A DNA stretch of 64,000 nt from Octopus sinensis (GCF_006345805.1 NC_043007.1:43152001-43216000), one strand, 5' to 3'. Shown: positions 37,835 through 51,706, numbered from the stretch's first letter. A program made the numbers and translations. The notes: a model not told the origin generated them from the sequence alone.

Positions 37835-37989
37835 GTGCAAGTGTGTCTGTAAGAAGTTTGCTTCCCAACCAGATAGTTCCAGGTTCAGTTCCACTGTATG
37901 GCACCTTGGACATGTGTCTTCTACTATGGCTCTAGGCTGACCAAAGGCTTAGGAATGGATCTGGAAGACAGAAGTATGTCATATATATA

Positions 37990-38021
<32 letters not shown>

Positions 38022-38250
38022 CTGCTTGTGTGTCTTTGTGTTTGTCCCCCACCTCTGCTTGACAACTGGTGTTGGTTTGTTTACATCCCAGTAACTTAGC
38101 AGTTCGGCAAAAAATACCAACAGAATATGTGTCAGACTTAATAGAAAATGTAAGTATTATGGCTGATTTGTTCAACCAAACCCTTCAAGGTGGTACCCCA
38201 ACATAGTCACAATCCAATGACGAAAACTAGAAAGCAATAAAAGACAAAGA
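37835..38250 (+). mobile_element. OR-like SINE
   Basis: Aligns with 48329-48730. Confidence 0.8.
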
Positions 38251-39819
38251 TGAAAGACACATTTTTAGATTGTCTTTTTTTTTCCTCTAACTGGCAGATC
38301 CTCTCATCCTGCTTTTTTAAATAACAGCTATTTTGTCAACCAATACAATTTTATTGTTCTATTTTAGCAACCAAAGCTTATTGCGATATTCAAAAATCTC
38401 CACTATATTACTATCATATACCATTTATGCATTGCATTTTTCATAATTGTACCAAAAAATTTGAAACAAAAACTTGGAGTAATGATTTGCAAAGTTTCAG
38501 TTTCCAATAGAATATACTACGCAAGTCCTTTCCAGTATCAAGTAGTCTTCTTTTCTCCTTGTTTAAACTTAAAGTGTTTACACATGCATTCATGCGCACA
38601 CACATTTGTCAATCTGTAGAAAGTTAATGTCTTCATGTTTGATTATAAACAGACAGATACATGTACACATACTTGTGAGTATGCATGCAATGTATGTATG
38701 CCTGCATGTGTATGCATGCATGTATGTGTAAACATGCATGTCTGTGTATGTGTGTGCAGATGCATGTGTATGCTCGAGATAGGTGACATTTCTAAAAATA
38801 GCTCCATATTCTTCCAACAGTAAAAATTTTTTTTAATTCATCCCTTCATTACTCCCACATCTGACTACAGTTACAAGAAAGCATGCCAGGAATTAACAGA
38901 CATCATTGTCAGGAATGTATCAGATATAAATCTAAGAAAAGCCCAAAGTTTAATGATACAAAATAACAGGTAATGAATAAATAATGAACATGCCTTTTTC
39001 CATATCTTGAAATTCCTCTTTATTCAACTACTGTCACTTCCCTTGCTCATTTACATTGAAAAACCTTTTCCATTCTCTATTCTGTTGCTCACAAAATACT
39101 TCCCCCACCTATTTCTTTCTAACATATCACTAGTACTGAATGATAGTTTTCAATTTTATTATCTGATAAAAGAAAAAACAAAAAAACAAGCGGTATTTGG
39201 GAGATATAATGATATTCACTTTAAATTTGAACAAAATCACCTTAGCTGTTTAGGTTCTCCCAGACATAGCAAAATAACTTTAAACTATTAAAGAAAAGAG
39301 TATAAATCAGTGGGAAAAAATATAACAAGATTTTTACATAGAAATAAAATATTAGAAATTGTATTGTAAGAGGAGACTAAAAGGATTGGCAACAGAAAGG
39401 GTATTCAACCATAAGACACTACTGCAGAAAACTGATCCAATCCATGACTGCAGAAAACTGATCCAATCCCTGCCAGCATGGAAAAGTGAATGGGGGAAAA
39501 GAAGGATATCAACAGACTGAATGGTTAATATATATATAGGTTGTGTTGTTAACTAGTCCCACATCAGCTCTGACTGAGCAGCCCTATAATTCAATGCACT
39601 CTATATAGGACTACAATGTTTAATGTATTCTTTGGGATCAGAGAATATAATAAGAGATATTCAGCTATTAAACCAAGAGGTTGAACAACAACACAGAGCA
39701 GCAGTTCCTGGTTTTTACCCTATTATGGACCATTTCAGCAAATCAGGAATACTCTCCACTTTTTTTATATTATTACTTGCAGAGATAGCTGACGTTGCTC
39801 TGGATTAAAATGGCATAGT

Positions 39820-40110
39820 CTTTTATTCTTTTACTTGTTTCAGTCATTTGACTGCAACCATGCTGGATCACTGCCTTTAGTCCAGCAAATCAACCCCAGG
39901 ATTTATTCTTTGTAAGCCTAGTACTAATTCTATCAGTCTCTTTTGCTGAATTGCTAAGTTACAGAGACGCAAACACATCAACATCGGTTGTCAAGCGATG
40001 GTGGGGTACAAATGTAGGCACACAAACACACACAAATATATGACAGGCTTTTTTGAGTTTCTGTCTACCAGATCTACTCACAAGGCTTTGGTTGACACAA
40101 GGCTATAGTA
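39820..40110 (-). mobile_element. OR-like SINE 3' part
   Basis: Aligns with 1668-1960; ends at a (TA)n tract. Confidence 0.8.
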
Positions 40111-40127
40111 TATATATAATATATATA

Positions 40128-40193
<66 letters not shown>

Positions 40194-40282
40194 CACAGCC
40201 GTCAGGCTGTTTTTCTCTCTACAAAACAGTAAGTTACAATGTGGAATGGTCATTTTAACAAGTTGTTTTTATTTATTTATTT

Positions 40283-40385
40283 ATCATCTGATGAGATACA
40301 TCTGCACCACAGGATTCTCTTGAACCAGTTGTTGAGTTCCCACAAGAGGAATCGATGCTAGATGTGTCGAAATAATTATCGTGAT
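40283..40385 (+). ncRNA. Type-I HHR with long branched stem II
   Basis: AUCAU CUGAUGA GAUACAUCU...AGAUGUGUC GAAA UAAUUA UC GUGAU. Confidence 0.8.
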
Positions 40386-40567
40386 TAATAATAAATTCTC
40401 GTATATTCCATCTTCTGTCTTTCATTTGCTATATACCTAACGATCACTCTGAAAGTGACCGTGCTTTACCAGTAAGCTACCAGGTGTAAACCATTCGTTT
40501 TATTATCCATTAACCACAACCAATTTCCGATTTCTAGGAAGAAGGTGCTATACAGTAGCATACCAAG

Positions 40568-40965
40568 ATGATGGATAAAATAACACTGAATGTTTCGCTA
40601 AAGGACATACCTATCCCCAGTAGGAAGGATTATATACGTGATCTTTTGGAGAAAACAAACCAATTTGCGCAAAAGATGCAGTGGAAAGCTTTCTTTTTCA
40701 ACAAGGAGCTTAGGCCAAATGACAAACCTGAACATGGTAACCTACTAAGGAAAGTATTCAAATCTAGAAGGAACCCACTGACAAACCAACACCAAACCAG
40801 ATTTTAAGAACAATTATATAATATTGTCAAGAAGGTGAAATTCAGGAAGTACCCTAGAAGGTGTAATATACATCAACAGAAAATCAGAAAATTACTTGTT
40901 GACTTAAAAAAAAAGCTCCAGGGATACTTGTACCAGCAGACAAAACAAGTAGTATTTTACACCAA
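40568..40965 (+). pseudogene. N-terminus of a PLE polyprotein, truncated
   Basis: SLKDIPIPS..Y...LLEK..F..KMQWKAFFF and downstream ILVPADKT resemble PLE pre-RT regions (recognised from memory). Confidence 0.65.
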
Positions 40966-41110
40966 AGTTATGAATGGGTCTTTTACAAAATATTTATGCA
41001 AAAAAAAAAAATTAATGTTATTCACTTGAAAATCGTAGATAAGTTCTTTAACTTGGGTGAGGAGATTTAAAAAAAAAATTCCTTGTTAACTTTTCTGGAG
41101 TGCGTACTAC

Positions 41111-41173
<63 letters not shown>

Positions 41174-42211
41174 GTTTTATATATATAGATCATCATATTC
41201 CCAAGAAATGCATTTAACTTTGGTAATTTTCTTGGTAAAATATTCTTCAGTTTTTGTTTAGAGTAAGTGTTGTATTGTAGCCCTTTTGCCTATATGTCAT
41301 TGTATAACATATTCATGAACATTTTTACATCACATCAAATATTTCTAAAGTAAAACATTTTGTCTTTGCAATCTTTTCAGAATTAGATCACAACCCAAAT
41401 GGAGTTGGTAACAGTAAGCAAAAGAAGCTTCTTCGTTAACTTATAGTCTGTTGGCATCCACTTATCAACTATGCCTGTGTCAACATGAACAAGTCTATGC
41501 ATTACAGAGGAGAACCAATAAAACTGAAACATGTGCAGATTTGTCTCCCTCACTGTAATGATTTAAATAATATTAGTCACTAAGCTAATGTTGTTTGTCC
41601 TTTCTTCACTGCATAAGTATTTCTAATTATATTTTCTATATCAACTACAATAAAATATAATTAAATAACTTATATCAATATTCTAATTCTGTTCTATCAA
41701 AATATATAGACTATATCTGTCTAGTTCTCATGATCTTACATGTCTAGACAGCTGACTTTTCTAGTATATGTATAACCAATCAATATCTACAAGTTCAGTT
41801 TTAGCAGGACACATGTTTTGTGCATATGTAATAAACTCAGATAAACTTGTTTTTCTCATTATAAATAAATATTTATTCATGTTACAAGACATTGAATTTC
41901 TTTTTTCCATTTTGGTCCTAACACTATTAATTCAACTGTCTCTTACTTAGAAGACTTTGGTTATATTTAGAATGAATATATGTTTGTCACTAGCTGCAAG
42001 ACATTTAACCACATCAACATTATCCACCTCATTAAAATAACAATAAAATGTTTATGATAGAAAGTTAGAAAGTTCAATTAATAATAAAGGTATATATAAA
42101 TTTCATGGAATTCTAAACTTTTAATGTCTGAAATGGCTGTGGGTGATAACAGATAATAGTTTGATTCATTTAAAAGCAACAGAGGAAAAAAATATGTAAA
42201 GAGTATCTTGA

Positions 42212-42391
42212 CCCTTTTGAGATCAACCAGTCTAATTCTATGATACTCCTGGTTCTATGATACAAGCTTCTTGATTTTAAGGTTTTATAAATTAAAACCT
42301 TCCATCAAAATTTCATCTTAATTTATGCACCAAGAACTAGCTTAATGATTAAAGCTATTTTACTAAATTATTCCCAAATTAATAGAAACAG
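42212..42391. mobile_element. piggyBac-type MITE, family P2, interrupted by a SINE
   Basis: TTGA-CCCTTTTGA end; interior homologous to 48741-48964. Confidence 0.7.
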
Positions 42392-42557
42392 AGGTAGAAG
42401 CATGACTGGGGTTAAAAAGTTTGCTTCCCAACAACATGGTTTCAGGTTCAGTCTCACTGCATGGTGCCTTGGACAAATTGTCTCCTACCATAGCCCTTGG
42501 TGGACCAAAGCATTGTGAGTAAACAGAAACTGAAACAAGCCTCTCTGCACGTGTGTT

Positions 42558-42595
<38 letters not shown>

Positions 42596-42815
42596 TGTAT
42601 GCGCATACGTGTACATGTATGCACATGGGTAGGTTTGTATATGCATGCATGTGTATGGGGAGGGGTACATGTTTGTGTCTCCTTATCCTCACATTGTGTG
42701 ATAGCTATAAGCAGGTATCGCCATTATACAAGAGGCGTTGTCCATTTCCAATTTTTCTTGAAAACATGTCAGGTTATAAGGAAATAATGCCTCTAGGAAT
42801 TCTGTTAGTATGATG
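42392..42815 (+). mobile_element. SINE with RTE-like tail, decayed
   Basis: Aligns with 29351-29836. Confidence 0.7.
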
Positions 42816-42953
42816 ATGATGGTGATGATGATGATGAAGAAGAGGAGAAGGAGTAGTGTATTTCAACAGAACTACGATAAATAAAAATAACAGGTTAAGT
42901 GATACAATTAAATAAGGCTTTCAGTCATATACGTAGAAGAACAATTCTTTTAA

Positions 42954-43167
42954 CCCTTTAGCATTCAGATTACTCAAATGTAATGATTATTTATTCACAC
43001 TGTTTTGAATTAATCATGCATTATCTTGTTACTTATAGATTTCAATTATGTGGCTGCTTCCTTTTAGAATGACATTGTAGGATAGGTGTGAGAGGCCAGA
43101 TTTGGCCAGTTTGAACATAAAACACAGAATATTTGGGCTGGATGTGGCTGGTTTAGATGCTGAAGAG
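42954..43167. mobile_element. piggyBac-type MITE, family P1
   Basis: TTAA TSDs; CCCTTTAGCA / TGCTGAAGAG ends; homologous to 19862-20060. Confidence 0.85.
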
Positions 43168-45534
43168 TTAAACCAGCATAACTGAAGGATTCCTAGAAAA
43201 GAAGAGATATTGACTGTCATTTCATACCACACTCCGCAGAGAAAAACAAAATCAATTCATGTTTTCGGGCTTTACCACTGAACATTCACTGCAATGTAAT
43301 CTTAAAATACCAATGGTTGAAAGAGATGTATCAGCTCAGATGCAAGAACATAAGTCCTTTCTAGATTATTCAACACCTTAACTAAACTGGATAAATTCTA
43401 CCATTGGAGTAAACAAAATCGTTCCAAATATTTCAAGCATTTTACAGAATTTTATCTTACAGCTGAGAGTAACATATGTATATTTTCACAAGTCTATGTT
43501 TACTGTTATAGTTATAGGAATGAAACCTATTATATAAAGGGAATTATATATAAAGGGAATTTCATTCCACTATATTTAAGCAAAAGCTATATCTTTCTTT
43601 CTTATTATATTAATAGACAGCCCTATATATAAATCTATTCACCAATGAACCAGCACATTCAACTTTACATTCTTTACCTAGAAGTCTTCCATCTCTTTCT
43701 CAAGTTCCCCATTGCCTACATCACTCCACTCCCAACAAACACACAAGCACACGTTTAATCTCAATAACTTTCTCTTAGTAGCAATAGTTTATCTTATCTA
43801 GATCAAGTGTTATGTGATATAAAGACTAATATTTATGTTGTTTCCTTAATGGTATGAAGATAATACAGCACTACAGAGGATGTAACAGTGTGGGTTGACA
43901 AGAGGCTGGATGTAACTATTAACAACTTAATGCCTGACTTAAGGAGATTATCTGTGGAAGTTGAAAACCTCAAAGATATGCACGTTCTTCATAAACCACA
44001 TACAGTGATACATCACTACTTACACACATACACTCAGTCATACACACACACATAAATGATAATTTACACTTAAATGGATACACAGATGTTCATATAGATA
44101 GATAAACAGAAAATATATGGCTGTATGATCATGCTATTATTTATTTAGACATTTCCGTAGCAAAAGAATAAGAACACCATTAATAGTAAAATGATAAGGA
44201 ACATTTGTGAAGGTTCTAAGGTTTAAACAATGTATATAGTGTATGCATATATTTATGTGACTAGGCACACATTCAACATATTCATACATACAGACACATT
44301 TCACACACAGATATATATGTACATGTATATTTATTTACAACTTTACTCACACATCTACATGCACATGTGCATGTCATGTAATTTATACGCATTATAAAAA
44401 TTAGTAAAGCTGTAATATATTCTGTCTCTTCACATGTGCAAGCAGTCTTGAGGTTAAGGAGATCTCCTCACAACTACATATTTCCTCGCTTGATCCCAAT
44501 GTGTGGTACTTAGAGCAACAGTCTTCTATTATAGTGGCAGGTTGATAAATGCTTTAAGAGTAAAAATTTAGTAGATGGAAACTGTGTGGAAGCCTGTCTC
44601 ATATACATATCAGCATTACCATTATAGTTTTATGTTCACTTTACATGTTGGCATGAATTTGAATTGTGTGTATGTATACATAATTAGTAGTATTTCTTGG
44701 TGAAAAAAAATCAAAGAGTTGGGATGAATATAGTAATGATGTGCGATATAGTTTAATGACAATCATACTTATAAATAAATGTCATGACTCAGGCATTTGA
44801 ATAAAAATAATAGTTTCTTCTTCAGATGAGGTAATTGTAAATCTAAGTCAAACTCAGATCTATGATATACCCATCTGATCAGTGTGAAATTATTACCTTA
44901 TTATTACTATATAACTATATTGTGTATATGTGCATGTATGTTTCTGTGTTAGTATATACAAGTGTAAACAGAGTTGTTGTCAAAAATTTTAATTAAACAC
45001 ATGATAAAACAGAGATAAATAAATTCTTCCTTTGGTGGCCACAAGGATCAATAAAATAAATATCAGGCTAAAATATATACTGGAGTAGGTATGATCAACA
45101 AAACCTCAGAATTCCAATATAGCTACAGTACACTAAGTTGAAACCAGTTAAAGAATAAAAGAATAAAATGAAAGAATATAAAATAAAAGAACATGCTTAA
45201 ATGTTGATGATGAGCATTATAATACTGATAGACATACACACATTACTCAAGAAACACACTACAGATTTCATGCACTAAACAATTTAGTTCAAGTGGACAA
45301 TTTATGATTTAATGCTGTTCAGAATAATAACATTTATATACCATGAGATATATTGTTTCAGTTTTTATAACTACTTAGAAATATGCTCATATGAAGTATG
45401 AAATGCAAACTAAAGTTTTATTCAATAAGGATGAAGTTAAAATGACGAGCTACCTCAAGTGCAATATTTTGTGTTTTTTATTTGAAGAAAGCTTTATTAT
45501 AAAGGCTATCTATTTCGTAGTCATGTAATACAAT

Positions 45535-45930
45535 ATCATCACCATCACCATCATGCTTGTATGGGTTGGACAGAATTTGGTGAGGCAAATTTTCTTCAAC
45601 CAGATGCCCTTCCTGTTGCCAACTTTCAACCATTTCATTTCCCATGCCCAGGCACGTTTTCACAGAAAATTGGAAATGAAGGACACCACTTGAATGATGT
45701 TGACATTTGCTTACAGATATTACATCAGGTCGAGGCAAAGAGACAGTAACACACATGTGCGCACGCGACAGTTTTCTTTCAATTTCAGTCGACCAAATTC
45801 ACTCACAAGACTTTTTGTCAGCCCAATGCTATAGTGGAAAACACTTGCCTAAGGTGTCATGCAGTGGGACTGAACATGAGACCATGAGGCTGAGAAGCAA
45901 ACTTCTTACTGTACAGCCACAACTGTACCT
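45535..45930 (-). mobile_element. SINE with RTE-like tail
   Basis: Reverse complement aligns with 29351-29836. Confidence 0.75.
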
Positions 45931-46638
45931 ACTAATAATACCAAAATCACGATCTTTATTATTACCAACATCACCACCACTTTTCATTGATGCTTTTTTA
46001 CAAGTCAGAATAGATTTTATCCTATTTTTAACTTAGACTATTCCTTAAGGCTGTGGTAAGAATTTACATATCATAGATACTCTTTCCAACACTAATTATT
46101 TTAACTAATAACATAAATCACCTTAAAAAATAACCACCCAGTGTGGATCCAAAATAGTAATTAAAATAACCTAATTTTGTTATTAAAGTTATACAGAATA
46201 TAAATTTCGTCATAGCCTTTCTAAATTCATCTTATATTACTTTAATCTTGCTGAGTTAATAACAAATTATATTTATAGAGGCAATTTCTTTTTTATCATC
46301 AAAGATACATTACTATTGTTAATAGCAAACTACATTTTATCTGAAGTTGATAGGTTTTAGACTGAAAATGAAACAAGGAAGTAACTGGATTATTAGAAGT
46401 ATCTGGTGGAGTATGAGGAAAAGGGAAAGCAGGGAAAAGGCAATATATGATGCATGCTGAGAGAAAAAAGCATTGTAAGTGGCCGGTTGTGGGTAAACTA
46501 GCAGCAGATCAAAGAAGAAATGAAACAAAATAGTGGGACCCGATTTCAGAGAACTTAACATTCACAGCATAATTGGGCGAGTAGGGACAGAAACAGCTTG
46601 AGGGAGGGAGGGAGGTATGTATGTGTGAATATGAAGCA

Positions 46639-46915
46639 ATTGAAGTGGACCGCCAAGGTTTTGTGGGGCATTCATTATGCAAAGCTCTGACTGGGTTTGG
46701 AGTTACTGGTACAACAAAGAAGAGGACTATAAATTCCATCACTGAAGTTGCAGGGAAGGCCACTAGGTGACTTTGGATAAAGGGAACAGACCAGTGGTTT
46801 GTTGCTACTGGGATGCAAGCTGAGATTTGATGAATCCTGGCAGATTCAGCTGGGTGAGGTTTGATGTTGAAGACCTGAAAACCCCCAAGACCCCAGAAAC
46901 ATCACAGAGCATTCA
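46639..46915 (+). mobile_element. Hero-like (RLE-type) LINE 3' remnant
   Basis: IEVDRQGFVGHSLCKALTGFGVTGTTKKRTINSITEVAGKATR*LWIK resembles the PxEVGxRGF...ASRWLW C-terminus of Hero elements (from memory). Confidence 0.55.
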
Positions 46916-46988
46916 CAAGAGGTATCACACACACACACTCACATACATGCATGTAGATGCATACACATACACATATGTATGTATACAC

Positions 46989-47123
46989 GACATGCTCCCT
47001 TCAGTTTCCATCTACCAAATCCACCCCACTCTTCTGTTAGTAGAGGGCATGTCCGAGGTGGGTCTGAACTCAAAACCATGTGGTTAGTAAACATACTTGT
47101 TAACCACAGGCCATGTCTGCACA
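46989..47123 (-). mobile_element. OR-like SINE 5' part
   Basis: Matches the SINE head. Confidence 0.6.
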
Positions 47124-47739
47124 TCTCAACTTTACATATTTGATTTCCTGCCAGTTTTTTAGTGTTGAAATGCAATGATTTGATCCAATAATATATAACT
47201 CAAGGTGCCTCTTTTTTTCCAATTATCTTGTTTTGTTTTTTGCTTCCTTGGTTCTATTTTTTCTCATTCTCTCAATATCCATTTTTCTATTCATTTTCTC
47301 AACATCCATTACCTTGCTGCGATAAAAATGTAAAGCTAGAGAATGTCAATAGCTAAAAAGATTCCAGAGTCACCTTAAAGTTTAGTGATAACAATATCAA
47401 CCCTTAGAGTAATTGGGATACTATTGAAAATGTCCTGTTCATGAAAGGATTTAAGGGCAAATACACTATAGTGATTTTCTATTGCATTTTGAAGGCCAAC
47501 AGGAGGGTTTGAACTCTGTGTTATAAAGTAACCAAATACTTTTAATATAAACCATCAGAGCTATGAGTCACTTTCTCTTATTCACAGCTGTAGGCTGCAC
47601 CTATCTATTTACAGCTTTTAGAGTCAAGTATCTTTCTTTCCCAAGGATCACACAAAGCATCTTCTACATAGTCTATCATAATACCATTTACATCTTGGAT
47701 GCTTTACAGGAATATTAAATTATCCTTAATGCAACTTTA

Positions 47740-47860
47740 TTTCATCAACTCCAGAGGAATGCAAGGCAAAATTGGCCTCTCTGTGATTTGAACTAAGAAT
47801 GTAAAGGATTGTAACTAAATATCATAAGTATGTTGACCAACATTCTAACAGTTCTGCCCC
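47740..47860 (-). mobile_element. SINE family M, decayed
   Basis: Matches the head of 8009-8221. Confidence 0.55.
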
Positions 47861-48328
47861 TCCAGATACTTACTTAGTATCAAGCAGAATTTTCAACCAA
47901 TAGTTCAGCACTAATTCTCAACATATTCCAAAACAGTGTGTGAAATGAAACTGAACAAATAAGGAAGACCTTCCAAATAAAATAATAATTTCTTTGAAAC
48001 TAAAATAAGATAATTTATTAGTTTTTCAAATCAGGGCTAAATTCTACTTCAAATATTAAAAAAAAACTTAAATGTTGCACCAAAATCATTTAGGTTTTGG
48101 AACACCTCTAATGAAACACTTTTTTTTTTGAAGTTTAAAATTAAATAGAGTTAAGTAACTTAGTGATGTAATGAAGCACAAACAATGAAATATGAATTTG
48201 TAATTCATAAAATTTGTATGGTGTCCATGAGGTCATACATACCTATTTCCAGATAATATAACAACAGAGCAATATAATACATTGGAAGCCATGTTTAAAA
48301 AATATTAGCTTGCAGCCAAACATTTTAA

Positions 48329-48730
48329 CAGGCTGTGTGGTAAGTAGCTTGCTTACGAACCACACAGTTCCGGGTTCAGTCCCATTGTGTGGCATCTTGG
48401 GCAAGTGTCTTCTACTATAGCCTCAGGCTGACCAAAGCCTTGTGAGTGGATTTGGTAGACGGAAACTGAAAGAAGGCCGTCATATATATGTATATATATA
48501 TATAGGTATGTGTGAGTGTATGTTTGAGTGTCTGTGTTTGTCCCCCCAACATCGCTTGACAACCGATGCTGGTGTGTTTAGGTCCCCGTCACTTAGTGGT
48601 TCGGCAAAAGACACCGATAGAATAAGTACTAGGCTTTACAAAGAATAGGTCCTGGGACTGATTTGCTCGACTTAAGGCGGTGCACCAGCATAGCCACAGT
48701 CAAATGACTGAAACAAGTAAAAGAGTAAAA
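48329..48730 (+). mobile_element. Near full-length OR-like SINE
   Basis: B-box GGGTTCAGTCCC, CORE-like CTTGGGCAAGTGTCTT segment, AAGAGT tail. Confidence 0.9.
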
Positions 48731-48740
48731 TAAGCCTTAA

Positions 48741-48964
48741 CACTTTTGATACCAACCTACCTGAGACTGGGAGTGCCTCTCATTCTGATATAAATTTCCT
48801 GCCTTAAAGTGATCTAAATTAAATCTTCCATCAAAATTTCATGTTAAGTTGATCCAAACACCAGCTTAATAATGACAAAACTATTTTACTAAATTCTTCA
48901 CTATCTTTAAAATTAATTGAAACAAAGACAGTGAATTTCAAGAGAAATGTTGTTAACAAAGGAG
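48741..48964. mobile_element. piggyBac-type MITE, family P2
   Basis: TTAA followed by CACTTTTGATACCA; degenerate right end TGTTAACAAAGGAG. Confidence 0.7.
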
Positions 48965-49104
48965 ATTTTACCATTCCCAATAAGAAAGTTTTTATGCAGC
49001 TGCATTACCTGCTTAAAATAGTAGCCAAATTTCCTTAAAACCACACCATGTTATCTTTTAAGTGGAAGGATAAATTAGACAATGCAGGCCAGGATATTCT
49101 AGAG

Positions 49105-49626
49105 CTGTGATCCTCAACTGGAATCCATATGACCCTTGTGGGTCCATATAAGAGCTTGTCATTAAAATTTATGAGCAATGGAGAGAGACGACGAATTACA
49201 GCTTTCTATTTTGTACTCTGGCCTGTGTAACAGTAACAATCTTTACTTTTTTAAATCTAAAGTGTTATTGTTTAACAGTTGTCTTTGTTATTAATAGACT
49301 ACTGTAATAGGTGGGTTGTTAACAGTACAGGGAGGGTTTTAAAAGTCCAAATACACGTTAAATAAATACTGTAAATATAGTGTCCCTACTTCGCGGAAAT
49401 TCAGTTATTGCGGCCGGTCTCGGAACCAATCTAGCACGATAAATGAGGGATCATTGTATTCTTCTACAATACACAAAATATTTTAACAATCTTTTATACA
49501 ATTTCTAATATTTAACTATAGAAATATAACAGAATTTTTTAAAGCATCAAATGGCTATGGTGGAGGTCCAGCTGAGTAAAATAGGAATCAAATGGGTCTA
49601 TAGGTAAAAATGGTCGAGAGCCACTG
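49105..49626. mobile_element. hAT (Charlie-like) non-autonomous element
   Basis: Ends CTGTGATCCTCAAC / GGTCGAGAGCCACTG (CAGTGGTTCTCAAC type); 8-bp TSD TTCTAGAG / TATTAGAG fits NTCTAGAN. Confidence 0.65.
49379..49458. mobile_element. Tigger/pogo-like end nested in the hAT element
   Basis: CCTACTTCGCGG...CACGATAAATGAGGGATCATTG-TA resembles Tigger termini. Confidence 0.55.
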
Positions 49627-50153
49627 TATTAGAGAATAATAATCCATACAGTGTTAGTATGAATATGCAGAAAAGAAGGACAGGATGGTCATTGGTTCAA
49701 AATTGTTGATGACAAGTATATTCAGCCAGGGCTGACATGGGACTAAACAAAACCAGACACACCACCTGCCAGAAGTCTCTCTAATACACATAATAATTTC
49801 ACAATGAACTAGCTGTAAACTGTGTGATAAGACTATAGTGAGTATACAAGTAATATCAAGAACTATTGTAGAAGCAGAGATTCTCTAGCTAATAGGTTTT
49901 TGTGTGACAGTTAATTGACTGTAATGTATCCACAATCCAACAGGTTTCTCTGTATTTTCTTTATTTTTCTCTTTTTGTTTTGCTTTTAAATTTTGTTGTT
50001 GTTCATTTATTTGGCTTCTTTTCTGGATATTCTCACACAGCTATGAAAATATGTTTCTTTTAACACACAGGCGCAAACACATGTATACATGCAAGCACAA
50101 GAGGAAGACAAAGGAAGGGGAGAGACAGAGTAGGTTAGAGACAAAGAGAGGTG

Positions 50154-50188
<35 letters not shown>

Positions 50189-51675
50189 AAGAAAGGTGTC
50201 ATCAGATGAAGAAAAAATATTTTTTAAAATGATACTCAATTGTGTATGTGTGTTTATATGTGAGTGTCTGTATGTATGTGTTTGTATGTGTGTGTGCATG
50301 TGTTTGTATGTCTCTATACAGCCACATACACATACACACACATACACATACACACACATACACATACACACACACACACGATGAGTACAAGAGGAAAGTA
50401 AGAAAGGAAGTGAAAGAGAAAGAGAGAAACCTATCATGAAAGCAAAGAAGAATATGAATAAATAAAAGAAAACAAACCCCTAGAAAGTGTTTCTTTATCA
50501 CAACTTGTATACATTTCTAGGGAATAGACATTTCCTGAATACATCTCCACTATCAACCCAGCACAGATTTCTAGTTAGAAAATTTGATTATCATCAGAAA
50601 AGTAACCAGCATCCTTCTAGCTGTCAGATGATAGAACAAAGACATGAAGTAATTTCCTAAAGATATCAATGGGGGAAAAAAATATCTAAATAAAACTCCA
50701 CACAGTCTCACTATTAACATTGCCATTGCTTTACCACCAACACCATCATTATGAACACAAACACTGTCTTTCATCACTAACACTAGCAATTACTTCCTCA
50801 GCAACAAACATTTACAGCATCAATCACCTTTAACACTACCAAAAACATCATCATCACCATCAAAAATACCACAACAACCACTACTACCACCATTACCATT
50901 GCACTGACATCCTCACTAACAAGAAGCTGCAGAAATAACAGCAAAATGGCAACCTATAACAGGTTCAGTTTTAAGCCAATTAGACAGATTTATTCAAACT
51001 GAGACCCACACCAAGAATGGGCTCCACACACACTCTTGAACAGAGGATGTTACAATGAATTTTTAGTATATCAAGCCCTCAACGTTTTTTGGCTGGGAAT
51101 AGCATACAACACAAGGCATAAAACATCAGTCTTCAGCTTTTGTCGAGGAGAAGGCCTCACAATTCTCTAATTGGATCCTGCACTTTCTTGTCTCAGCCTT
51201 GCCTACTGACATAAAGAAAGCAAGACGTTGAATAACGTAGTCCTTGATATACTGTCTAGAAATAAGACCAGATAGCTACATTTGACATGCTGTCAGCCAT
51301 AGGCCATCTCAATCAGGACACACTTGGGATTCAACAAAGACAGCATCCTCATAACATCAACTGTATCTACTATCACTTTTATAGCAATAGCAAACACTAC
51401 AATCTTCCACCAAACACTATAATAGCCAAGACCAATGATGACCACTGGTGTTAACATTGCTGTCTTCAGCGATAACCATCATAACCTCTTAAGCTACCAG
51501 AACCAATCCTAATCTTAATTCAAAGTAATAATTACCACAGTCTACCAAACAATGAACAGACCAGACATGCTTTTGTGGAGGACTGCAAGCAAATGACACC
51601 ATTTCTATGAATGGTGAACCTTTGTTTACAATCAGTGCACATATGAAAACATAGAGGAATAACTACACACACACA

Positions 51676-51706
<31 letters not shown>

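Larger units (their letters stand above)
40196..41000 (+). mobile_element. PLE terminal repeat plus start of ORF (second PLE lineage)
   Basis: HHR followed by an ORF start and frameshifted continuation; inserted at (TA)n. Confidence 0.7.

Noticed and set aside
48329-48410. tRNA genes at SINE heads
   Set aside because: A- and B-box-like motifs run into SINE bodies and no cloverleaf can be drawn.
51060-51160. Possible minus-strand HHR (GCUG/CAGC stem, ACGU palindrome)
   Set aside because: The core and GAAA need several assumed mutations; not supportable.
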